From the NCBI GenBank assembly GCA_965230925.1, contig OZ246403.1, positions 266,455 to 330,454 on the forward strand: a DNA stretch of 64,000 nucleotides, in the 5' to 3' direction. Position 1 is the stretch's first letter; every line of letters begins with the position of its first letter. A program made the translations under genes and the position numbers. This DNA is from an uncultured Candidatus Saccharibacteria bacterium (GTDB lineage Bacteria; Patescibacteriota; Minisyncoccia; Phycocordibacterales; JACOZG01). The notes under the pieces are model-generated. The model was not told where the DNA came from. It saw only the letters and a list, made by a program, of their open reading frames with translations, and did no database searches. Below, piece after piece: positions 21,197 through 30,456 of the stretch.

Positions 21197-22828
21197 TTAT
21201 TCTGGCTGAACGTCTGGTGGTTGATACCGGAACTGGAGGGTAACTTCATCTGCTCCACCCACTACCCCGAGCTTGACCTCATACGGTGAATATTGTAATA
21301 CCGGCCACAGGAGGTCATCGATAGTGATCGAGAACGGGAAACTATAGAACTCACCTCCATTAGGAGCAGCGAGCGGGGCGTGGAAGTCCCCGGGACTACA
21401 AGGCACATTAAAGCCAGGCCCCTCATCACCAAAGTTGCAATGGAACTGATTAATAGGAAATCCGGAAATGGTATTTATGTCCACACCTGTAGCACTGGTG
21501 GCCAAAGACTTAACTGAAATAAGGTAAACCTGGACACCTACTCCTGTTGATTCATTTCGAATATTCGCCCGTGGAGTAGAAATAGCTGGGATACCATTAC
21601 TTTGTTGGTTAATTCTGATAACCGTTTGATCGGTTTCAATATTCAACGGAGTACCGCCAGTATCAAGAGTAAAGGTCGCAAACACATCTCGGTCCCCAGT
21701 GATATTATCGAGTTCGCAGGTATTACCCACCACATTGTCACAATTACCCCAACTTACCCCATACAAGAAATCATCGAAAGAAGCTGTTAGATCAAGACTA
21801 GAAACACTAATTTCTTCTTCGCACTCTTCAGAACCATTAGCAGAGTGGACACAATCCTCATCAAGCCCGGTGACAATTCCCACTCCTGGTCCAGAAAGGT
21901 GGAGGGTAACCGTATTATCACCTTCATCATTCACGTTGAGAGCACAGAAATCCTGGCCTTCATTGCCGTTAGCGTCAATCACTTTTACATAAGCCTCAAC
22001 ACTACCTGCCGGATACTGGGCATCTGGCGGACTCTGCGTGGTGCTGCTGACAGGAGAAGTGGGTCCATAGTTTACATCACCACCTAAACCGGGGGTACAA
22101 CCAGGCCCCACCCCATTACCACCCCAACAATAAGTGTAATTAGGGGTACCACCAGAAACAGTGGCAGTGAAATGAACGTTTTGTCCCGTGATTGGATTAG
22201 GTGGAGTATAAGTACAATCTACACTTAATTGATCGATAGCAACACAATTACTGTTACTACTTGCCGGTGGGTCTGTTTGGCAAAAACTTAACCACCCCAC
22301 AACATTAGACCCCCACGCAAAGCCCTTTAGGTGACCTCCCTCTACGCTGACATCGTTTGTCCAAGAACCTGACATTTTGATCCACCCATCCCAACCACCG
22401 CGAGAAGAATTGGGTTTAAGACCAGACTGGCTACTGCAATCACCATTAAATACCGAGCAAGCTCGAGCCCAACCAGTAACCGGTCCGTCGGCACCATCTG
22501 CAGGAGCCTTGGCCGCTTCAAAGGGTGCCTCTGGTGGGCAATTTATCCCCGGGCACGAAGCGGAAACGGTGGGATGAAGATCAATCCAACCAATATTTGA
22601 ACTCCAGGCATAGCCATCGAAGAATCCATCAGGAAAAATGGAGACATCGTCGGCATCGAAGCCTACCCAACCGATATTTGAACTCCAGGCGAAACCGGAT
22701 AAATTATGGGCTCCACCATGAGAAGCTTGAGTTGGTTTAGGCGTACTGGCCGAGTAAAATAGTCCTGCAGCGAGGACTAAGAAAAATAAGACAAGCGACG
22801 ACCAATGAAGGTGGTGCTTTTTAATCAC
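21197..22828 (-). CDS. Secreted repeat protein (543 aa) with G[FY]AWSSNIGW repeats and a PKD-like segment
   Basis: Signal/TM at the N-terminus. Three GFAWSSNIGWVGF-type repeats. A PKD-like segment is TATVSGGTPNYTYCW. Confidence 0.7.
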   Translation of the reverse strand: MIKKHHLHWSSLVLFFLVLAAGLFYSASTPKPTQASHGGAHNLSGFAWSSNIGWVGFDADDVSIFPDGFFDGYAWSSNIGWIDLHPTVSASCPGINCPPEAPFEAAKAPADGADGPVTGWARACSVFNGDCSSQSGLKPNSSRGGWDGWIKMSGSWTNDVSVEGGHLKGFAWGSNVVGWLSFCQTDPPASSNSNCVAIDQLSVDCTYTPPNPITGQNVHFTATVSGGTPNYTYCWGGNGVGPGCTPGLGGDVNYGPTSPVSSTTQSPPDAQYPAGSVEAYVKVIDANGNEGQDFCALNVNDEGDNTVTLHLSGPGVGIVTGLDEDCVHSANGSEECEEEISVSSLDLTASFDDFLYGVSWGNCDNVVGNTCELDNITGDRDVFATFTLDTGGTPLNIETDQTVIRINQQSNGIPAISTPRANIRNESTGVGVQVYLISVKSLATSATGVDINTISGFPINQFHCNFGDEGPGFNVPCSPGDFHAPLAAPNGGEFYSFPFSITIDDLLWPVLQYSPYEVKLGVVGGADEVTLQFRYQPPDVQPE

Positions 22829-22845
22829 TCAGAAATTATAGCAAT

Positions 22846-23790
22846 TTAAACCGAAGTTTGACTGTTGATAACTTCGGCCTGGAGTCGTTCAATGATTGGC
22901 TTTAGTTCACCAGCAAAAATTTTTGGTAAATTATGCCAGGATTCTTTAATTCGATGATCAGTCAACCGGTCCTGAACATAGTTGTAGGTGCGGATTTTCT
23001 CGGAGCGATCACCAGTGCCAATTTGGCCTTTGCGCTCAGCTGAAGCCGCGGCTTGATTCTTCTCGGCATCAGCGTTAGCAAGCTTACTAACGAGAAGTGA
23101 GAGGGCTTTCTCTTTGTTCCGCGCCTGACTACGCTCATTTTGCGAGCGAACCACGAGACCCGAAGGCTTATGGAGAATGCGTACTGCCGTTTCTACTTTA
23201 TTTACGTTTTGTCCCCCAGCACCACCCGAGCGCGAAAAGGTTATTTCGAGATCATTCGGATTCACCGCAAAAGCTTTAGCTTCCCGAATGGGGATAATCG
23301 CCACGGTTACCGTGGAAGTATGAATCCTCCCCTGCTTCTCGGTCTCGGGCACGCGCTGCACACGGTGAACACCGGTTTCATGGCGCAAATTGTCATAAGC
23401 ACCCTCACCTTCAATTTCGAAAACCAGATCATCTACTTCAGTAAAGTTCCAACCACAAATCCGGGCATACTTCTCGTACATCTCAGCGAGCGTCCGGGCA
23501 AAGAGAAGCGCTTCATCACCGCCAGCTCCGGCGCGAATTTCCATAATCAAACCGCTCGGACTATCACCGGAACCACCCGTTGTTTTGTTTTTCCCTAAAA
23601 TTTGGGTGGCCTGCTCGAGAAGAGCCTGTTGCTCGATTTGCAAACTCTCAATATCAGCACGAGCCAAGTCCGCCATCGCAGGGTCAGTGGCGGCTAAATC
23701 TTCGGCTTCTTTGATCTTCGTGGTCAGCTCGTCGTATTGAGGTAGGAGAAAAGCGACCCGAGGATCCTGTGTGAGATCCTCGCGGTTCAT
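22846..23790 (-). CDS. prfA: Peptide chain release factor 1
   Basis: GGQ motif ([16 protein letters not shown]) and an RF1-type P-x-T tripeptide context ([17 protein letters not shown]), rather than the SPF of RF2. Confidence 0.85.
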   Translation of the reverse strand: MNREDLTQDPRVAFLLPQYDELTTKIKEAEDLAATDPAMADLARADIESLQIEQQALLEQATQILGKNKTTGGSGDSPSGLIMEIRAGAGGDEALLFARTLAEMYEKYARICGWNFTEVDDLVFEIEGEGAYDNLRHETGVHRVQRVPETEKQGRIHTSTVTVAIIPIREAKAFAVNPNDLEITFSRSGGAGGQNVNKVETAVRILHKPSGLVVRSQNERSQARNKEKALSLLVSKLANADAEKNQAAASAERKGQIGTGDRSEKIRTYNYVQDRLTDHRIKESWHNLPKIFAGELKPIIERLQAEVINSQTSV

Positions 23791-24024
23791 TTACTTTTTC
23801 GCCTTGGCGGCGGAAGCTTCTTTGCGTTTCTTAAAGCGTTCTACGCGACCGGCGGTGTCGATAATCTTTTCATTGCCCGAGAAGAAGGGGTGGCATTGGC
23901 TGCAAATTTCAACATTAATTTTTTCCTTGGTTGAACCCACGGTAAAGTGGCTGCCGCAAGAGCAGGTGACCGTTGCTTTATCGTAAAATGTGGGGTGAAT
24001 GCCGTCTTTCATGCGGGGTATCAT
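23791..24024 (-). CDS. rpmE: 50S ribosomal protein L31
   Basis: [10 protein letters not shown]...CSCG...[10 protein letters not shown]. Confidence 0.85.
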   Translation of the reverse strand: MIPRMKDGIHPTFYDKATVTCSCGSHFTVGSTKEKINVEICSQCHPFFSGNEKIIDTAGRVERFKKRKEASAAKAKK

Positions 24025-24069
24025 AAACGTAAACTATTATTTTGGCAAGCCCCTAAGAGGGCGATGGGT

Positions 24070-25377
24070 TTATTTCCCTTCTAGAGTATCGATCAAGTCT
24101 TGATAGTTCGCGGCGATTTTCATGACTGAATCACCATAGAAGGCATTAGCCGGCTTGGCCCAGTTACCTCCAGCATAATATCTAAGGGCCGCGGTCCGCT
24201 CAGCGGTAAAACCACCTGCCCCCGCACCAAGATCAGCCACATAAATACCCGTGGCCGCAAAAGCATCTTGAGCCACCCAAGGATTTGGTGGCCGATTACC
24301 TGTCGCGGCACCAATCCGTTCTTTGTACATTTTCCACGTCGAAGGAATGAATTGCGATGGCCCCATTGCTCCTCCCCAGCCGCCCGCCATTGGGCAAGAG
24401 AGTGGTAAACCTTCCGGAGCCAAACCAAGCTCTTTGGTAATCTCCAGAAATGGCGCTTGATCACGCTCGGGTTTCATAATTGCTTTCCACTGCTTTCCTA
24501 GTGGATCGCCCGGGCGATTACAAGTCCCCACATTTTGACCCAAATTAGATTCTTGGGTCAGAATCGCCATGATGAAAGCCGGCCGCACGCCAGTTTTCTT
24601 TGAGACGAGAGTGGCGTGCTCAAGCGCTTCCCCGAAAGAAATGGCGGTTGAACCACGCAAACGGAACAAGGCGCTTTTAATCTCAATCTTCCGCCGCTCC
24701 CGTTGAGCCAAAACTTGTTTATAAGCCGCCTGTTGATTCTTATTAACGCCCAAAAGGCCCTTTTTCTCGGCCTCATTACGCTCAACCCGGCGCTTCTCCG
24801 TTTCAATCACCTGCTGTGCATCAATCTCGGCCGCCTGCTTCTTCTCTAGAGAAAGCTTCTCACTCTCCGTCTCTGATTTGTCTTCTCGAAGCGCATTAAA
24901 TGCTCGATGCAAAGAATCTTGAACTGAGGTAAAAGAATCCACATTGGCAAACACTCCCGAGACGGTGGAGTCATCGAGCACGATCTCAACCAAGGAAGAG
25001 TTTTCCATATCGCGGACCTGGCGCAACAGCTCAGCAAGTGATTCCTGCTGCTTGGTAATCTTGGTCGAAAGAGTCACAATTCTATCCTTTTTCTTTACAA
25101 TATCCCCCCCTAGCTGCTCAATTTCTAGTTTCTTGGCTTTAATTTTAAGCTTTGACTGATCAAGCTGATGTTGGAGAACATCAATATCTTTTTGCAAAGA
25201 ATTCCCCTGGCTCTGAGCCGAGCGCAATAAAGCTGATTGAACTAGAATCTCAGCCTCTACCTTAGCCAGTTCAGCCTCAAGCGCTTTACGCCGAGCCTCC
25301 ACATCTCCATTGGTCTGGGCGAGCGCCCACCAGGGCAAGAGGCCAAAAACCAAAAAAATCGCCAGGATTTTCTTCAT
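24070..25377 (-). CDS. Secreted coiled-coil protein with C-terminal lytic murein transglycosylase (MltB/SLT_2-like) domain
   Basis: Signal peptide, then about 230 aa of coiled coil, then TQESNLGQ...GAMGPSQFIPSTW...ANYQD. Confidence 0.7.
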   Translation of the reverse strand: MKKILAIFLVFGLLPWWALAQTNGDVEARRKALEAELAKVEAEILVQSALLRSAQSQGNSLQKDIDVLQHQLDQSKLKIKAKKLEIEQLGGDIVKKKDRIVTLSTKITKQQESLAELLRQVRDMENSSLVEIVLDDSTVSGVFANVDSFTSVQDSLHRAFNALREDKSETESEKLSLEKKQAAEIDAQQVIETEKRRVERNEAEKKGLLGVNKNQQAAYKQVLAQRERRKIEIKSALFRLRGSTAISFGEALEHATLVSKKTGVRPAFIMAILTQESNLGQNVGTCNRPGDPLGKQWKAIMKPERDQAPFLEITKELGLAPEGLPLSCPMAGGWGGAMGPSQFIPSTWKMYKERIGAATGNRPPNPWVAQDAFAATGIYVADLGAGAGGFTAERTAALRYYAGGNWAKPANAFYGDSVMKIAANYQDLIDTLEGK

Positions 25378-25403
25378 CCTGCCGATTATAACATGAGTTT
25401 GGG

Positions 25404-26066
25404 CTATTTCTTCTCTTCTGCAGCAGCTGCTTCTGCTCCCTCAGCACCTTCTTCATCCTTCTTTCCCTTCTTCTCAACTTCAATTGCCGAGAGATCAACT
25501 GGCGTCTCTTCTTTCTCCTCTTGCGCCACGGTAATAGAAGCCACCACGTCTTCTGGCTTAGCGAGAGCCTTCACTCCAGCGGGCAACTTGAGATCCTGGA
25601 CCAACACCTGACTCTCAAGTGTGGCGAGAGCCGAGATATCAACCGTAATTCCATGAGGCAAATCCTTGGGCAAAGCCTCAATTTCGAGCTCGTGGACCAC
25701 CTTCACCAGAATTCCACCAAGCGACTTCACGGCTTCCGAAACACCGGCAAACTCAAGCGGCACCTTCACTTGGAGCACCTTACCCTTCTCGATCACATAG
25801 AAATCGGCGTGAACCGGCTCGCCACTCACCGGGTGTACTACCACCTCGTGAATAAGTACATCCTTATCGCCTCCCGCCACCTCGAGAGTAATCACGGTCG
25901 ATTCACCAGCCTTCTTGAAGACTTTTTGGAAATCAACACTGTTTACAAAGAGCGGCGTGGCCACATCCTTGTGTCCATAGGCGACCACGGGTAACTTACC
26001 CCCCTCGCGAGCGGTTTTAAGCTTCTTACCAAATATATTTCGCGGTTCAGCCGCCAATTTCACCAT
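25404..26066 (-). CDS. rplY: 50S ribosomal protein L25 / general stress protein Ctc
   Basis: REGGKLPVVAYGHK N-terminal domain, with an acidic, Ala/Glu-rich tail. Confidence 0.8.
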   Translation of the reverse strand: MVKLAAEPRNIFGKKLKTAREGGKLPVVAYGHKDVATPLFVNSVDFQKVFKKAGESTVITLEVAGGDKDVLIHEVVVHPVSGEPVHADFYVIEKGKVLQVKVPLEFAGVSEAVKSLGGILVKVVHELEIEALPKDLPHGITVDISALATLESQVLVQDLKLPAGVKALAKPEDVVASITVAQEEKEETPVDLSAIEVEKKGKKDEEGAEGAEAAAAEEKK

Positions 26067-26075
26067 TGGGGGCTA

Positions 26076-26942
26076 TTATACGGAAGAATTGAAAACTTTC
26101 AACTTTTTCGTCACCACCTCCTCCACGGCACCCACTACGTTCTTCATAATCTTATAGGGTGTAACCTCGTCTGGCTCATTTTGCAAAGTGAGTTTAAGTG
26201 CATCGCGATAGGCTACCCGGAGCTCGGTGTTCACATGGACAATGCTGACTCCCGCCGCAATTGCCGCTTTAATTTCTTCATCTTGATTGCCCGAAGCGCC
26301 GTGGAGCACGAGGGACACGCCGGTGGCTTCAGAAATCTCTTTTACACGCTCAATATTGAGTGCCGGATCATGTTGACCCTTCAACATGCCGTGGATATTA
26401 CCCACGGCTGGAGCAAGGAGATCAACTCCGGTTTCTGCCACAAACTTGGCTGCCATTTCTGGCTTGGTAAGATTATCCCCCGTCGCCACGCCTTCTGGGA
26501 GTTCGTCGAGAAGCTTAGACGACGTGCCAATATAGCCGAGCTCGCCTTCCACAATAATTTCTGGATTCTTGGCCCTCGCATAGGCCACGCAATCTTTAGC
26601 AATCGCCACATTTTCTTCATACGAGAGTTGCGCGCCGTCGAAAATAACGGCGTCGAAGTGAGCATCAATTGCTTCCTTCACCCGCTCGGCCGAGTAGGTG
26701 TGGTCGGCATTGAGAAAAATGGGGTAATCGAATTCCTCTCGCAAGCTCCGCACCAGAGCCGCGACCTGTCGCACGCCAATAAAATCCCGCTCGCCTTCCG
26801 AAACGCCGATAATTACCGGCACCCCGAGCTTCCTCGCCGCATTAAAAATCGCCCACAAGGTCTCAACATTAGAAATATTAAAATGTCCAATTGCCACTTT
26901 CTTCTCCTTCGCCTCGGCCAAGCATTCACGCAGGGTTTTCAT
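26076..26942 (-). CDS. fba: Class II fructose/tagatose-bisphosphate aldolase
   Basis: TIM-barrel class II aldolase pattern (GHFNISNVE, LNADHTYS, HGASGN). Start assigned to MKTLRE. Confidence 0.8.
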   Translation of the reverse strand: MKTLRECLAEAKEKKVAIGHFNISNVETLWAIFNAARKLGVPVIIGVSEGERDFIGVRQVAALVRSLREEFDYPIFLNADHTYSAERVKEAIDAHFDAVIFDGAQLSYEENVAIAKDCVAYARAKNPEIIVEGELGYIGTSSKLLDELPEGVATGDNLTKPEMAAKFVAETGVDLLAPAVGNIHGMLKGQHDPALNIERVKEISEATGVSLVLHGASGNQDEEIKAAIAAGVSIVHVNTELRVAYRDALKLTLQNEPDEVTPYKIMKNVVGAVEEVVTKKLKVFNSSV

Positions 26943-26981
26943 CGTTGGATTATAGCACACCGCTTTTGCTATACTTCCCCC

Positions 26982-27977
26982 ATGGCTAAAAATTTCGACT
27001 TTGTGGCAATTGGCGATACGACGATTGATGCGTTTATTCGGCTTAAAGAAGCCAGTGTGAATTGCGATATTGATCGCGAGAATTGCAAAATTTCCATGAA
27101 CTTTGCGGATAAAATCCCCTATGAATCAGTAACCGTGGTGCCAGCCGTGGGCAATAGCCCCAATGCTGCAGTCGCCGCTGCCCGGCTTGGTCTCGCAAGT
27201 GCTCTCGTTTGTGATGTTGGCGCGGATCGGGAGGGTGAAGACGTGAAAACAGCGCTCGCGGCTGAAAATGTCTCAACTGATTTTGTCCGAACCCATTCTG
27301 ACGTGAAAACCAATTATCACTACGTGCTCTGGTATGAAGATGACCGTACTATTTTGATCAAACACGAGACTTACGATTACAAACTCCCCGACCTTGGCTC
27401 GCCTAAATGGATTTATTTGAGCTCAATTGGTGAAAATGCTGAAAGTTATCATCGAGAAATTGAAGAATACTTGAAAGCGAATCCCGAGGTCAAACTCGCC
27501 TTCCAGCCTGGCACCTTCCAGATGAAAGCCGGAACCGAGAAGCTCGCCGGTATCTATGCTCGGACAGAAATCTTTTTCTGTAATACCGAGGAAGCGAAGC
27601 GGATTTTAAAAACTGAAGAGTCAGAAATTAAAAATTTGCTCGCAGCTATTCAGAATTTAGGCCCCAAAATCGTCGTCATTACTGATGGACCAAAAGGTGC
27701 CCATGCCCTAGCTGACGATATCATCCACTTTGTGCCACCCTACCCTGACCCCAAGCCGCCCTTAGAGCGCACTGGCGCCGGCGACGCCTTCTCTTCCACC
27801 GTCACCGCGGCCCTGGCTCTTGGCGAAAGCTTAGAAACCGCGCTCCGTTGGGGGCCAATAAACTCGATGAGCGTGGTGCAAGAAATTGGCGCTCAGCGCG
27901 GCCTCCTCACTCGCGCCAAGCTCGAAGAATATTTAAAAAACGCCCCAGCGAACTACCTACCTCAACAAATTTCTTAG
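26982..27977 (+). CDS. PfkB-family carbohydrate kinase (ribokinase-like)
   Basis: MAKNFDFVAIGDTTID N-terminus and a C-terminal TGAGDAF motif. The upstream part of track ORF 26181..27977 is an antisense shadow of fba. Confidence 0.8.
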   Translation: MAKNFDFVAIGDTTIDAFIRLKEASVNCDIDRENCKISMNFADKIPYESVTVVPAVGNSPNAAVAAARLGLASALVCDVGADREGEDVKTALAAENVSTDFVRTHSDVKTNYHYVLWYEDDRTILIKHETYDYKLPDLGSPKWIYLSSIGENAESYHREIEEYLKANPEVKLAFQPGTFQMKAGTEKLAGIYARTEIFFCNTEEAKRILKTEESEIKNLLAAIQNLGPKIVVITDGPKGAHALADDIIHFVPPYPDPKPPLERTGAGDAFSSTVTAALALGESLETALRWGPINSMSVVQEIGAQRGLLTRAKLEEYLKNAPANYLPQQIS

Positions 27978-27982
27978 CTAAC

Positions 27983-28010
27983 TTGACCGGCTCCAATTAA
28001 GTTCTAAAAT
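27983..28010 (+). promoter_or_regulatory. Putative sigma70-type promoter of htrA (TTGACC-16-TAAAAT)
   Basis: Hexamers at 27983-27988 and 28005-28010, 10 nt upstream of the ATG. Confidence 0.35.
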
Positions 28011-28019
28011 TTAGAGCCT

Positions 28020-29267
28020 ATGAATAAAAAAGAGTTAAGTTTAATCTTGGTCTCTAGCGCTGTTTCTTTCGTCGTCCTCGTTTTAGTAAGCTTGGGACTT
28101 GTCGCAATTTACCGGGACCAAATTTTCCATTATTTTGCTTCACATTACCTAACTCAAGAATTGGGACGAGTTCTCGATGGTTCAAAGGGTGAAACTTCGA
28201 CGAGTGCTGGCCCGCTCTTTACTCAAGAAGCTCAAGTTATTGCCGCTGTGGACAAAGCGAGCCCTGCGGTCATCTCGATCGTTATCACCAAAGATGTGCC
28301 GATTTTTGAGAACATCAATCCTTTTGAAGATTTCTTTGGTGGAAATGGCCCGTTCAACCTCTTTTTCCCGGGAACTCGCCAAAATGGCACCGAGCGGCGT
28401 GAAGTGGGCGGTGGTTCAGGCTTTATTGTCTCCGCTGATGGCTTCGCCGTGAGTAATCGTCATGTGGTTGACGATTCAAAGGCGGAATATACCGCCATTA
28501 CTGCTGATGGGAAAAAGTATGGAGTTACTGTCCTCGCGAAAGACCCCGTTCTTGATATTGCCATCCTCAAACTTAAAGACGCTAAAGATCTCCCCTACCT
28601 CACCTTTGATGATTCCGACTCCGTTAAGGTGGGTCAAACCGCCATTGCAATTGGAAATGCTTTGGGTGAATTTGACAACACGGTCTCGGTGGGCATTGTG
28701 TCGGGTCTTTATCGCTCCATCACCGCCTCCGACGGCCTAGGCCAAGCAGAAACCCTAGACGAGGTAATTCAAACCGATGCCGCTATCAATCCCGGCAATT
28801 CAGGTGGACCGCTCTTAGATCTGCGAGGAAAAGTGATCGGGGTAAATGTAGCGGTGGCTCGCGGTTCAGAAAATATTGGCTTCGCTCTCCCCGCCAACCT
28901 AGTGAAAGGGGTGGTGGAATCAGTAAAAACTCATAATAAAATTGTCCGGCCATATCTCGGTGTTCGCTACACTGAGGTCACACCAACATTGAAAGAGAAA
29001 AACAAACTGACCGTTGATTATGGCGTCTTAGTGGTCCGTGGCGAGACAAGAGAGGATCTCGCCGTCATTCCTGGCTCCCCTGCCGACAAAGCTGGGATTG
29101 TAGAAAATGACATTATCTTAGAAATTGATGGGTTAAAACTTGATGGTGAGCGTGGTTTGGCCTCGGTAATTCGGGGAAAAACGGTTGGCCAAACAATAAA
29201 TTTGAAAGTTTGGCACAAAGGAACGACGAAAACAGTGGCGGTAAAGCTTGAACAGGCTCCGGAATAA
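28020..29267 (+). CDS. htrA: HtrA/DegP-family serine protease with PDZ domain
   Basis: TM anchor, trypsin-like core (GNSGGPLLDLRGKVIGVN), and a C-terminal PDZ. Confidence 0.85.
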   Translation: MNKKELSLILVSSAVSFVVLVLVSLGLVAIYRDQIFHYFASHYLTQELGRVLDGSKGETSTSAGPLFTQEAQVIAAVDKASPAVISIVITKDVPIFENINPFEDFFGGNGPFNLFFPGTRQNGTERREVGGGSGFIVSADGFAVSNRHVVDDSKAEYTAITADGKKYGVTVLAKDPVLDIAILKLKDAKDLPYLTFDDSDSVKVGQTAIAIGNALGEFDNTVSVGIVSGLYRSITASDGLGQAETLDEVIQTDAAINPGNSGGPLLDLRGKVIGVNVAVARGSENIGFALPANLVKGVVESVKTHNKIVRPYLGVRYTEVTPTLKEKNKLTVDYGVLVVRGETREDLAVIPGSPADKAGIVENDIILEIDGLKLDGERGLASVIRGKTVGQTINLKVWHKGTTKTVAVKLEQAPE

Positions 29268-29280
29268 CCACCACTCACAC

Positions 29281-29319
29281 AAAAACCCCGTCCGCCAATT
29301 GGCGGACGGGGTTTTTGTT
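29281..29319. terminator. Bidirectional Rho-independent terminator between htrA and the RRM gene
   Basis: AAAAA-CCCCGTCCGCC-AATT-GGCGGACGGGG-TTTTTGTT: a perfect 11-bp stem flanked by an A tract and a T tract. Confidence 0.7.
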
Positions 29320-29332
29320 ACGGTAAAATTAA

Positions 29333-29650
29333 TTACCAAGTATTGCGACGAGGACGGTCAGAACCGAAGTTCCCACCACCACCCGTGCGCGGTGCGCGCG
29401 GTTCCATTGGTCGAGCCTCGTTGACGGTAAGCTTGCGACCATCAAGTTCAACACCGTTTAAGGTGCTGATTGCCTTGTCGGCCTCTTCATCTGTACCCAT
29501 TTCAACGAAACCAAAGCCTTTGGATCGGCCAGTCATCTTGTCCATGATGATCGAAGCTGATGCCACGGTACCCGCCTGGGAGAAAAACTCCCGGAGTCCA
29601 GCATCGTTCGTCCCATAGGAGATGCCACCGACATAAATTCTCTTTGCCAT
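29333..29650 (-). CDS. RRM-type RNA-binding protein (glycine-rich C-terminus)
   Basis: RNP1-like GFGFVEM and RNP2-like IYVGGI. Start re-assigned to MAKRIYVGG, with an AGGAAGA Shine-Dalgarno upstream. Confidence 0.8.
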   Translation of the reverse strand: MAKRIYVGGISYGTNDAGLREFFSQAGTVASASIIMDKMTGRSKGFGFVEMGTDEEADKAISTLNGVELDGRKLTVNEARPMEPRAPRTGGGGNFGSDRPRRNTW

Positions 29651-29726
29651 TCTTCCTAATTGATTTGCTTTAAACCTAATAAACGACCGCTTTCGCCCGC
29701 GCTCTTTACAAACACGACGAAAAACT

Positions 29727-29755
29727 ATGCCGGTCAATATATACCTCTTCCCTCT
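29727..29755 (-). promoter_or_regulatory. Consensus sigma70 promoter for the RRM gene (TTGACA-17-TATATT), giving a 5' UTR of about 70 nt
   Basis: Read on the minus strand: TTGACAaatagagggaagaggtaTATATT. Confidence 0.5.
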
Positions 29756-29780
29756 ATTTGTCAACTAGGCGGTGTGAACA

Positions 29781-29819
29781 AAGAAAAACCCCGGTTTTGC
29801 CGGGGAATTTCTTTATTTA
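29781..29819. terminator. Hairpin terminator downstream of pilA (works on both strands)
   Basis: AAAGAAAAA-CCCCGG-TTTTG-CCGGGG-AATTTCTTTATTT. Confidence 0.6.
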
Positions 29820-29849
29820 GGGAGGTTAAACCTTGCCGGAGGGCTTTAT

Positions 29850-30341
29850 TTAACAGTTGTAACCATCATTAGCAGTCAGGTTGGTTGAGGTCGCCTTCGA
29901 AGCTCCGTTAGAATCAACACACCAGTAAGTACCTCCACTCCCGCTTCCTCGAAGTTCTGCTTTCATAATCCAATTCTGGGTTACAGGAGCACCATCGCTT
30001 TCACCGTCAGTTCGGCACTGGGAAGCAGAATAAGCAGTAGCATTAACGCTAGTAACCATATTAGAAATGGTAGAGGTAGCAAATAAACTATTAGCAGCAG
30101 AGGAAGCACAGGCGGTTAGAGCACCGGCAGTCGCAGCAATACCAATACCATAGTTATTAAGTCCATCGTAAACAATTGCAGCCTGAGAGCGAATATTACT
30201 CAAAGTTGCTTTAGTGGAAGCATCTTGACCTTTCTGTCGAGCGCTATTAAGCGACGCCAACACAATACCCGAAAGAATACCGATGATGGCAATAACCACC
30301 AAGAGTTCAATGAGCGTAAAACCTCGTTTCAAACTATTCAT
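29850..30341 (-). CDS. pilA: Type IV major pilin (PilA-like)
   Basis: A class III signal with G/FTLIELLVVIAIIGIL and Glu at +5. 163 aa. Confidence 0.85.
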   Translation of the reverse strand: MNSLKRGFTLIELLVVIAIIGILSGIVLASLNSARQKGQDASTKATLSNIRSQAAIVYDGLNNYGIGIAATAGALTACASSAANSLFATSTISNMVTSVNATAYSASQCRTDGESDGAPVTQNWIMKAELRGSGSGGTYWCVDSNGASKATSTNLTANDGYNC

Positions 30342-30456
30342 AAAATTAACTTAAATAATAAACTTTTTCGACTTCTGATAATTACTAATGATGGCTAACA
30401 GTATAAAGCTAAGCTGGCAAAGCGCAATCCGCCAACGAGCGAAAAGTGTGGATAAA

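Noticed and set aside
26181-26981. N-terminal 267 codons of track ORF 26181..27977
   Set aside because: Antisense to fba. The real PfkB-kinase gene starts at the ATG at 26982 (MAKNFDF).
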